Virus record (IMG/VR): IMGVR_UViG_3300038674_000282
Coordinates: 1-29,980 of that record
From: a virus
Lineage: Duplodnaviria > Caudoviricetes
Strand: one strand, 5' to 3'
DNA: 29,980 bases
Translations under genes and position numbers: made by a program
Notes under the pieces: model-generated
What the model was told of the DNA's origin: nothing
What the model saw: the letters and a program-made list of their open reading frames with translations, nothing else
Databases searched by the model: none
Shown: positions 1 to 7,186 of the stretch, piece by piece
How the letters are laid out: each line of letters starts with the position of its first letter
Position numbering within the stretch: the stretch's first letter is position 1

Positions 1-147
1 TCGGATGGCGGCTACGGAAGCTGGTGGTGGTGGCGTGCTCCGAGGTCGGGTTATAGCAGTTATTTCGTTGTTGTCAACCACGACGGCACTGTCAACTCCG
101 GCTACGCGTACATCACCGGCGGCGTGTCCCCCTGCTTTGCAATTTAA
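1..147 (+). CDS. 3' end of a DGR target protein (C-type-lectin-like/DUF6273-like C-terminus), truncated by window start
   Basis: Frame 1 is open from nt 1 to TAA 145-147 and reads SDGGYGSWWWWRAPRSGYSSYFVVVNHDGTVNSGYAYITGGVSPCFAI*. This matches the C-terminus of 24459..26669 (WWLRSPRSG...GVSPCFAI*). It is not in the ORF track because it is truncated. Confidence 0.9.
   Translation, partial: SDGGYGSWWWWRAPRSGYSSYFVVVNHDGTVNSGYAYITGGVSPCFAI
25..140 (+). repeat. DGR variable repeat VR2 (distal target)
   Basis: Ungapped 116-nt alignment to TR 27182-27297. From nt 38 onward there are 17 mismatches at TR adenines and 1 non-A mismatch (C>T at 90). The 5' edge has one more A mismatch and two T>G changes. 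Confidence 0.93.
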
Positions 148-166
148 TCGCCAAATCAAATAATCC

Positions 167-184
167 GGCAAATGAAAATTTGCC
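167..184 (+). promoter_or_regulatory. DGR target-recognition hairpin/cruciform downstream of VR2
   Basis: GGCAAAT-GAAA-ATTTGCC is a perfect 7-bp stem starting 20 nt after the last base of the stop codon, the same offset as the hairpin after VR1. Confidence 0.75.
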
Positions 185-219
185 ATTATGATAGTAAATA
201 TATAACAGGAGATAGAAAA

Positions 220-453
220 ATGGAAAACGAAAAAGAAGTCAGCAAATTGGAAGCAAATGAAACCGACGTTCTCAAAGCGATAGCGTTCTACCTTGTCAAA
301 GTGCATAGGATCGCGCCCGAAGGCAGGAAGCAGAAGAAGAGCGCGAGAGAGATCGACAAGATGGCGTTGCTCACGGTCGAGTATATGCAGAAGAACGTCG
401 ACAAGAAGGTTCTCGACGACTACTTCAAAGCGAAGAAGTATATCGAGGAATAA
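220..453 (+). CDS. hypothetical protein (77 aa)
   Basis: ATG 220 is preceded by AGGAG (207-211). It lies within ORF 172..453. Confidence 0.7.
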   Translation: MENEKEVSKLEANETDVLKAIAFYLVKVHRIAPEGRKQKKSAREIDKMALLTVEYMQKNVDKKVLDDYFKAKKYIEE

Positions 454-531
454 GGCAAAACAAAGGCGAGCGGTATGGTGTTATTTATAATAATATTATA
501 TCTCTCGCCTGTTATCATAAGGAGATAAGTT

Positions 532-1521
532 ATGGCAGATAAAAAGAAAACAGACAAGCATCATGGGGCGGCGGGCGACGGCTTCGATCTCGTTCCGACA
601 AAGAAAGACGGAACGCCTGCGAAGAACGACAAGTACGGAAACCCCGTCACCGAAGGCACCGGCAAAGGGAAAGGCGTTGTCTTGAAGAATTACTATCAGA
701 TCAGCAACAAGAACATCTCTGCTCCGTCCCCCGAAGAGATCGTCAAACATCTTACGCGCCCGTATTGGTCTATCAATTCAATGCCGATTGAGTATGTCTT
801 CACCTCTATAATAGAATATTTTAATAGTCTTATAGAGCCAATATATAAGCGCGTACCCGTTTTGGACGACGAGGGAAACCCTATAAAAGACAGCGACGGA
901 AAAGAAATCGAGCAGACCGCGCTTGTGAACTATGCCTATAAGAACGTGCCCACGCGCTACGGGCTTGCGCAGGCGTTAGGCGTTAGCCTTACCACGCTTG
1001 ACGGCTACCTGCGTATAGATAACAATAATAATGACAGTTCAAAAGATAATAGTGGTAATAATAGTCATAGTAAAGGCTATACTTCGCATCAGCAGAACAC
1101 CAACCCGAACCGCGATAACCACCTTATATCTATGACAGATTTAACAGAAGACAGTATATATATCAGTATATATGGCGAGGATGTGCTGTACGACGACGGA
1201 CTGCGGGAAAGATTGTGCAGGAAGACCGAGAAAGACGTGAAGGTCTTTCTTCTCAAAAGAGCGATGTCCGAAATTATGCAGTTTCACGAACAGCGGCTCG
1301 GCTTGAACGAGAACGTGACGGGATCTCTGTTCGCATTGCTTAATTCGCGCGACGGGTGGACGAACGACCACACGGTTAAAGTGGAGTTCCCCGACCTTCT
1401 CGGCAAGATCCGCACCACGGAAGAACTCGATGCAATGAAGGATCTCGAAGAACCTGTTATTGTTATGGGCGAAAAAGACGGCGTTTTCACGCCCATCACG
1501 GATTTTGACGACGACGAGTAA
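532..1521 (+). CDS. terS: terminase small subunit (P22 gp3 DNA-packaging-like) with low-complexity insertions
   Basis: Motifs PTRYGLAQALGVSLTTLDGY and EQRL...TGSLFALLN...GW resemble gp3-type small terminases. Strong RBS TAAGGAG. Lies upstream of terL. Confidence 0.7.
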   Translation: MADKKKTDKHHGAAGDGFDLVPTKKDGTPAKNDKYGNPVTEGTGKGKGVVLKNYYQISNKNISAPSPEEIVKHLTRPYWSINSMPIEYVFTSIIEYFNSLIEPIYKRVPVLDDEGNPIKDSDGKEIEQTALVNYAYKNVPTRYGLAQALGVSLTTLDGYLRIDNNNNDSSKDNSGNNSHSKGYTSHQQNTNPNRDNHLISMTDLTEDSIYISIYGEDVLYDDGLRERLCRKTEKDVKVFLLKRAMSEIMQFHEQRLGLNENVTGSLFALLNSRDGWTNDHTVKVEFPDLLGKIRTTEELDAMKDLEEPVIVMGEKDGVFTPITDFDDDE

Positions 1522-1555
1522 ACGAAAACGCAACTTTACGGCGGTGTTTAGTTGA

Positions 1556-1851
1556 AAAAGATTGCCGTAAAGAGCCGTAGAACGCGCTGTAAGCGATTTT
1601 CGCCGCTCGGACGGGAAAACACCCGACCGAAGTGCTTTCGTTGAAAATTGGGGCATTGTAGCGCGTTTGGCGGCGTACTGAAAAAGATAGAGCGAGCGGA
1701 AAAAGATAAATCCGCTCGTTTTTCTATGGAGAAAAAGACCAACGGAAAAGATTTCGCCGCAAAAGATTGGTGAAAAAGATACAGGAAAAAGAAAAAGATA
1801 GACGTAAAAGATTTGAAAAAGATTTTACCGCGAAAAAGATCGGCAAAAGAT
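1556..1851 (+). repeat. irregular array of AAAAGAT heptamers
   Basis: Copies at about 1556, 1682, 1702, 1746, 1761, 1774, 1793, 1806, 1817, 1834 and 1845, plus an AAAAGAC variant at ~1733. All are on the same strand in non-coding DNA. Confidence 0.85.
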
Positions 1852-2312
1852 AGCCGCCGCCCCATTGCACACGCGCATTATGCGCACGCACGGCAACGCG
1901 CCGCGCGCCCTACTGATAAGATGCACACCCACGCGCCCGCCCGCGATAATTGCGCACGATAACAAGCAATCAAGCGCACGCGCCCGCGATGGCTTCAACC
2001 GTTCGCCGCTCTGAATGGTTGCGCCGGTGGCGGTCTTTGGGGTTGTTTGTCGGACTGTTTTACTATTGATGGGGAATAATTCGGAAGTGTCTTTTATTAT
2101 CAATAGTTTTTCGGGGGCTTCTGCGGGTGTCTTTCAGACGTTCGACCGCGCGACCGTGGGCGGCTTCTCTTGTTCTCTCTGCGCCGATTTTGGCGCGGTT
2201 TCTCGGCTCACGTTCTGCCGCCCTGCGTGGCTCTCTGCGGCTCGTTTGGCTTCGGTTCGGGTTCTCGGTCGGCTTCGCCTGCTCTCGTTTGCTATGGGCG
2301 CAAAATGGCAAT

Positions 2313-2341
2313 AAAAAAGGCTTGCACAGTCGGCAAGCCTT
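2313..2341 (-). terminator. Rho-independent terminator for the leftward operon
   Basis: Stem AAGGCTTGC (2317-2325)/GCAAGCCTT (2333-2341), with a T-run on the minus strand (A6 at 2313-2318). Confidence 0.8.
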
Positions 2342-2357
2342 GCGGGGTTGGTTGGTA

Positions 2358-2426
2358 TTACTTGAAATATTTATTTATTGCTTTGATAAACTCGGCGAAG
2401 AGTGCAACAACGATGCAGAGAACCAT
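2358..2426 (-). CDS. small hydrophobic peptide (22 aa) MVLCIVVALFAEFIKAINKYFK
   Basis: The minus-strand ATG has RBS GAGGTG directly after the stop of the 407-aa gene, and the ORF ends just before the terminator. It is below the ORF-track cutoff. Confidence 0.6.
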   Translation of the reverse strand: MVLCIVVALFAEFIKAINKYFK

Positions 2427-2437
2427 GCGCGCACCTC

Positions 2438-3661
2438 TTAACGATCGCCCGCACCGATTGCGGGATTATAACAAAGCGGCAATTCATACCACAAGCCGCC
2501 GCCGCGCTGATCTCTGAACGTCGTTAAAAGGCTTTTACAAGCAAGGCGGGCGACGAGGTCATGCGCCTTTGAAGACCATTTTATATATAAGTCGCTTTCG
2601 TGGTGGTCGATGTCTTCGGGCGGGAGTACCTGCGCCGCGATCGCGTGAAACTCTCCCGGCTGTATAAGGGTTAAAAACTCGCGCGCTTTTTCAATGTGCT
2701 TGCGGATCTCGTCAAGGCTCTTGCGGAACGCTTCGACGCTCGCAAAGTCTTTTGCGGCGGTCTTTTTCTCGTGCTTTTCAAGGTAGGCGGCGGCTTCTTT
2801 GAGATGGTGCGCGCATTCTTCGATGCGGTTGAAATCGTTTTCACCTTCGCCCGCCCCAAGAAGACCACCCGCCGCGCGTGCAACCCTCTTTAATTCTTCG
2901 CGTGCTTTTGCGTTTTCCTCGGTGAAGTCTTGCCGCATATATTCGGCTTTTGCTCTCTCCGCACGAAGGGCGGCGGCTCTGCGTTTCAGATCCTCGCGGC
3001 GTTCTAAAATAATATAGCCGCTTTTGTCGATTATTTCGCCCGCTTCCGTGTAGGGGTGCGCCGGGCAAAATGCGAATTTGAACTTGAACGGGCGCGCGTT
3101 GCTCTCTTTGTCTTTGATGGTGATCTCTTGAAGCCTGCGCCCATAGTTGGAATAATACACGGGGCGCGCTTCGGTTACGTCGTAGCGTTTCGCGGTGTCG
3201 GCTTTGTATGTTTCATCGGGGTTGTACTTGGGTTCGCGCTCGTGTTGGGCATCTTGATAGATAATATATATATATTTCGTTCTTTTCTTTCTCACTTCTT
3301 CAAAATCACCAACGCCGAAAAAGTGATCTATTTTATAATCATACCAACGCCCGATCATGTCGGAATGTTGCGCGCCTATAACGCGATGCGGGTTGACTTC
3401 GACGGCGCGCAAATCTCTTTCGGGGCTTCCGCAACGGTCAAAGCATTTTAATAATATATATATATTCAGATTGTCAAGCGTTTCGGCGTTTATCGCCTTT
3501 TTAACGCTGTTCAGGGTGAACGCTCCGAACGTCTGCACAACTTCAAACGGCTTGCAGAAATCGAAAGCGCATTGACGATGCAAAAATTGCAACGCTTTGG
3601 GGTTGTCTTTCAATAATTCTTTGACGGTTGCGGGGTTCGTGGTTAATTGGTTTAATTTCAT
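2438..3661 (-). CDS. hypothetical multi-domain protein (~407 aa; central coiled coil, small C-terminal IDHHESDLY domain)
   Basis: Long ORF 2438..3706. ATG 3661 has RBS AAGGAG. The gene has its own consensus promoter and terminator. Confidence 0.85.
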   Translation of the reverse strand: MKLNQLTTNPATVKELLKDNPKALQFLHRQCAFDFCKPFEVVQTFGAFTLNSVKKAINAETLDNLNIYILLKCFDRCGSPERDLRAVEVNPHRVIGAQHSDMIGRWYDYKIDHFFGVGDFEEVRKKRTKYIYIIYQDAQHEREPKYNPDETYKADTAKRYDVTEARPVYYSNYGRRLQEITIKDKESNARPFKFKFAFCPAHPYTEAGEIIDKSGYIILERREDLKRRAAALRAERAKAEYMRQDFTEENAKAREELKRVARAAGGLLGAGEGENDFNRIEECAHHLKEAAAYLEKHEKKTAAKDFASVEAFRKSLDEIRKHIEKAREFLTLIQPGEFHAIAAQVLPPEDIDHHESDLYIKWSSKAHDLVARLACKSLLTTFRDQRGGGLWYELPLCYNPAIGAGDR

Positions 3662-3723
3662 GGTTTCTCCTTTTCCGCTTTTGGCGGTGGCTGTTAGGGT
3701 TGCCAACCTCTAAATTTAATCAC

Positions 3724-3752
3724 ATTATAACACGCGCGGCGGCGTTTGTCAA
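3724..3752 (-). promoter_or_regulatory. consensus sigma70/sigmaA promoter (leftward)
   Basis: Minus strand TTGACA-17 nt-TATAAT with extended -10 TG and an A-rich upstream element. Confidence 0.9.
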
Positions 3753-4008
3753 TACTTTTTTTGTACTTTTTCAAAAAATCTTTTTACTTTTGCATTTTGG
3801 CGCGGGTTGCACCGTGGGCGGCTTGCCCGGCTTGGGGTGCTTCCCCTTTTGGCGATCACACCCACCCGCCGTCCGTTGAGCCGTGTCTGCACCCGAAATT
3901 ATAAAAAATCCCCACCGCCCGAACTCCACTTTCTACGGGGCGGCAAAAAAGAAAAAAGGGCGTTCTCAAAACTTTTTCAAAAAAATTAAGATTTGTCCAA
4001 AAAAAGTA

Positions 4009-4037
4009 TTGACTTTTCAAAAACATTGTGGTAGAAT
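4009..4037 (+). promoter_or_regulatory. sigma70/sigmaA promoter (rightward) for the HTH operon
   Basis: TTGACT-17 nt-TAGAAT with extended TG and A-tracts upstream. Confidence 0.8.
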
Positions 4038-4067
4038 GGTGTCAACAAAGCAAAGGAGCCGAATACG

Positions 4068-4316
4068 ATGGAACAGAAAAAATACGCCCAATACGACGTT
4101 AGTGACGAACTCAACGCGAAGGTGCTTTCGGAGATTGCTCGCGCAAAGGCGTTGACGAAGACGAAGGACTGCGATATTGCGCAAAGGCTCGGAAAGACAA
4201 AGCAAGGCTATTCCGCGATGGTAAGCAACAACCTTTCAAGGCTTGGCAGTATCGAAGCGATTGCAAATGCGCTCGGATTTGACGTTGAGATCAAGTTCGT
4301 GCCGAAGGAGAAGTGA
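4068..4316 (+). CDS. XRE/Cro-family helix-turn-helix regulator
   Basis: DIAQRLGKTKQGYSAMV...SIEAIANALGFDVEIKF is a typical HTH_3-like pattern. RBS AAGGAG. Confidence 0.8.
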   Translation: MEQKKYAQYDVSDELNAKVLSEIARAKALTKTKDCDIAQRLGKTKQGYSAMVSNNLSRLGSIEAIANALGFDVEIKFVPKEK

Positions 4317-4317
4317 T

Positions 4318-4554
4318 ATGAATTACAGCGAAGCGATCGAGATTTTGTCGAAAATGAAGGCAAAGTTTGAGAAGGAGAAGCCCGCGTGGTATGCTACCGC
4401 TACCGAAGACGAGAAGGCGGCTTTCGAGCAGAAAAACGCAGACAAGATCCTTGCCCTCGAATGCGCTTTGAAGTGCATTAAAGGGCATAAGCAACTTGCC
4501 CGCGCCGCAGAGTATATCACGGCGAACATTCTTTCAGAAGGAGAAGAGCAATGA
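4318..4554 (+). CDS. hypothetical protein (78 aa)
   Basis: ATG 4318 follows AAGGAG and lies just after the HTH stop. The stop overlaps the next start (ATGA). Confidence 0.7.
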   Translation: MNYSEAIEILSKMKAKFEKEKPAWYATATEDEKAAFEQKNADKILALECALKCIKGHKQLARAAEYITANILSEGEEQ

Positions 4555-5228
4555 GCAAAATCGACGATATTAAAACAATCCGCGAGCGTACCGAGTTCGC
4601 TTTCAGCCTGCAAGCCTGCAAGGATGCTTATGAAGCGCATGGGTGCGACGTAGAAGCGGCTATTGCCTATCTTTCGTCCATGATTGTGAAGCCCGTAAAC
4701 GAGTTGACCGATACAGAGAGAGCAGAGATTGAAGCCTACAAGAAGAAGGCAGAGAAGCGCGCTTCCAAGAAAAGCGAATATCCTTCCGAGAAACAGAGAA
4801 CTCATGGCGTTATTGCGGCGGTAGGAGCAATTCTCTTCTTCCTGCTCGGCGTTGCTTCGTTGGTTCTCTCCATTGTCGAGAAAGGTTCAAGCGGGTGGAT
4901 CGCGCCGACGGTCATAGGGTTTGTTCTCTCTGTTGTGTGCGCGTTCGCTTGGAGTTCCGCGAAGACAATGAGCAAGGAAGAATACGACAGAGCAAATCGA
5001 GTTGTCCCGAAGGAGATTACCTACCGCGAAGGCGATACGCTCGCGTGCCCCTGTTGCGGTTCTCACGAAGTACAATTCTTTGAGCCGAAGTTCAACCGGC
5101 GTAAAGCCCTTCTCGGCACCGTAATTTCGGGAAGTCTGCTCGGCGCGTATTTCGGAGTTCCGAAGCCGGGCGAATATAAAGCAGTCTGCAACCATTGCGG
5201 GCACCATTGGAAGGCGAAAATCAAGTAA
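4551..5228 (+). CDS. membrane protein: EF-Ts-N/UBA-like domain, 2 TM helices and C-terminal Zn ribbon
   Basis: N-terminus IKTIRERT...ACKDAYEAHGCDVEAAIAYL, then two hydrophobic segments, then CPCCGS...CNHCGHHW. Confidence 0.75.
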   Translation: MSKIDDIKTIRERTEFAFSLQACKDAYEAHGCDVEAAIAYLSSMIVKPVNELTDTERAEIEAYKKKAEKRASKKSEYPSEKQRTHGVIAAVGAILFFLLGVASLVLSIVEKGSSGWIAPTVIGFVLSVVCAFAWSSAKTMSKEEYDRANRVVPKEITYREGDTLACPCCGSHEVQFFEPKFNRRKALLGTVISGSLLGAYFGVPKPGEYKAVCNHCGHHWKAKIK

Positions 5229-5279
5229 TCACCGATACAACCGAATAGTAATAACCACATAATTGGTTTTGAAATTTTG

Positions 5280-5328
5280 AGTGCATAGACACATTCCCAT
5301 CTTGGGATAACTATGCACTTTTTTATTT
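5280..5328 (+). terminator. long hairpin + T-tract immediately upstream of the terL RBS
   Basis: AGTGCATAG (5280-5288)/CTATGCACT (5311-5319), inner TCCCA/TGGGA, then a T-rich tail. Confidence 0.7.
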
Positions 5329-5343
5329 GCAGGAGAAACAACC

Positions 5344-7053
5344 ATGATTTATAGCAAAGAAATTTCGCAGGAAGAGAACGTAAGGCTCAACGGGTATATA
5401 AGCGCGCTGTCGGGGATCCCAAAACTCGTGGACTGCGAGAAACTGTTTGAGTTCCTTCGTATCTTACGGGCGAACTACGGCACCGCCGTTCAGAAGTTCG
5501 TCAACAAAATCAATATCAAGATCTTGCGCCCGGCGATCACGTTTATTTGGACGAAAAGCAAGTTTACGCTCGAATACAGGAACCGCGCATTCGACCTGTC
5601 GAGAAAGAGCCTGCTTTTTTCTGCGCGGGACGACTTCGACAGTTTTATGCTTTACACCGAAATTGACCGCCCGACGGCAGACAAATTTTGGCAACCGCGC
5701 CGCAACTCGAAGATGCGCGAAGCGTGCGAAGCGTTGCAGGAACTCGCGGACGACAAAATCGACGTTCTTTTCATGGCAGAGCCGCCCCGTGTCGGAAAGA
5801 CCACGCTTGGTCTTTGGTTCGATGCATGGTATGCGGCAAAAGCCGCAGTTGAGAATTGGAGCGAGCAGTCCATTCTCGCGGTCGGACACAGCGCGAGCCT
5901 TGTAGCGACGTTCTACGAAGAGATAGGTCAGTTTGTTGAAGGCGATAAATACAAATTCCTCGAAGTGTTCCCCGAACTGCGCGAGCGTATCTCTTACAGC
6001 GCAAAACACCAAACGATAAACTTTGGCGACGAGAGAAGATATAAGTCGCTTTCCTTCCGCTCTGCCGACGGATCCCTTGCCGGTGGCGTTGAAGCGGGAT
6101 TGTTGCTTCACATCGACGACCTTATCGCCAATATGGAAGAAGCAATGAACCCCGACAGACTTGAAAAGAAGTGGGTTACGCTCTACGGCGATATTCGTCA
6201 ACGTAGAAAAGAAGGCTCCAAGATCTTGTATATCGGTACAATTTGGAGCCTAATGGATCCGCAGGTACGTTTCCGCGATCTTCTCGCAGAGGATCCCAAT
6301 TACAGGATAAAAATAATCGAATTGCCTGCGCTTGACGAGAACGACGAGAGCAACTTCGACTTTAAGGGCGGGTTTTCTACGGCGCACTATCGCTCTGAAC
6401 GGGCGGGCATGGACGAGATTACTTGGAATTGTATTTATCAACAAGAGCCGATGGAGAGAGAGGGACTGTTGTTCTCCGAGAGCCTGTTTGATACATTCGA
6501 CGAAGAGGTCTTGAAGGTAAAGCCAAAGTTCAAAGATGCTTTCGTTGACGTTGCGTGGGGCGGCACGGACTTCGTGGCAATGCCGATTGTCTATGAGTAC
6601 GACGACGGTTTGTATCTTGCGGACGTTGTTCTCAACAAAGGAAACAAGGAGATTACACAGCCGATCGTTGCGACGAGGATAAAAAATCACACGTTGCCCT
6701 ATGTTCCATTCGAGGGCAATAACGGCGGCGACGAGTATGCAGACAGGGTAAAAACGCTTTTGTCAGAAATGCAATATATTTGCAAAATCACATCGCCGAA
6801 GTCGCCAAACACGGCGAACGCAAAGTTGCAGAGGATCATTCAATACTCGCCCGAAATACAGAAAATAAAACTGCTGTCGAAGAAGCAGAGAACGCCCGAA
6901 TATCAAGCGTTCGTTTCACAGGTTTTGAAGTTTAACCAAAACGGAAAAAACAAAAACGACGATGCGCCGGATAGCCTTGCTCTGCTCTTTATGAACCGCG
7001 CGAAGAAGCCGAAACCCGTCAAGGTTTTGCCGAAGGAATACAAGTTGATATGA
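5344..7053 (+). CDS. terL: terminase large subunit
   Basis: Walker A-like PPRVGKT, Walker B LLHIDD, YQQEP motif, nuclease motifs FVDVAWGGTD and DDAPDSLA. Confidence 0.95.
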   Translation: MIYSKEISQEENVRLNGYISALSGIPKLVDCEKLFEFLRILRANYGTAVQKFVNKINIKILRPAITFIWTKSKFTLEYRNRAFDLSRKSLLFSARDDFDSFMLYTEIDRPTADKFWQPRRNSKMREACEALQELADDKIDVLFMAEPPRVGKTTLGLWFDAWYAAKAAVENWSEQSILAVGHSASLVATFYEEIGQFVEGDKYKFLEVFPELRERISYSAKHQTINFGDERRYKSLSFRSADGSLAGGVEAGLLLHIDDLIANMEEAMNPDRLEKKWVTLYGDIRQRRKEGSKILYIGTIWSLMDPQVRFRDLLAEDPNYRIKIIELPALDENDESNFDFKGGFSTAHYRSERAGMDEITWNCIYQQEPMEREGLLFSESLFDTFDEEVLKVKPKFKDAFVDVAWGGTDFVAMPIVYEYDDGLYLADVVLNKGNKEITQPIVATRIKNHTLPYVPFEGNNGGDEYADRVKTLLSEMQYICKITSPKSPNTANAKLQRIIQYSPEIQKIKLLSKKQRTPEYQAFVSQVLKFNQNGKNKNDDAPDSLALLFMNRAKKPKPVKVLPKEYKLI

Positions 7054-7125
7054 GTTCGATTTCGCATTAAGCCGTAAAAATCTTACGGCAAATCAACTTT
7101 CAATCAAGTATTTTGGCAAAAAGTA

Positions 7126-7154
7126 TTGACAATTTATTGATTTCGGTGTATAAT
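7126..7154 (+). promoter_or_regulatory. consensus sigma70/sigmaA promoter upstream of portal
   Basis: TTGACA (7126-7131)-17 nt-TATAAT (7149-7154), preceded by hairpin GCCGTAA/TTACGGC (7071-7089). Confidence 0.85.
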
Positions 7155-7186
7155 TCAAGCGAAGTATATTGGAAAGGTGTATTCTC

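Noticed and set aside
172-219. ORF-track start at 172
   Set aside because: It lies inside the VR2 hairpin without an RBS; ATG 220 has AGGAG.
1015-1065. AAT/AAC-rich stretch in terS as another TR
   Set aside because: It is in-frame coding sequence with no partner repeat in the window.
1680-1855. CRISPR array
   Set aside because: Repeats are only 7 nt with 4-12 nt irregular gaps in the dense part, and there are no cas genes.
2015-2517. Overlapping short ORFs in the A-poor tract
   Set aside because: Lack of A suppresses + strand stop codons; the translations are low-complexity and lack RBSs.
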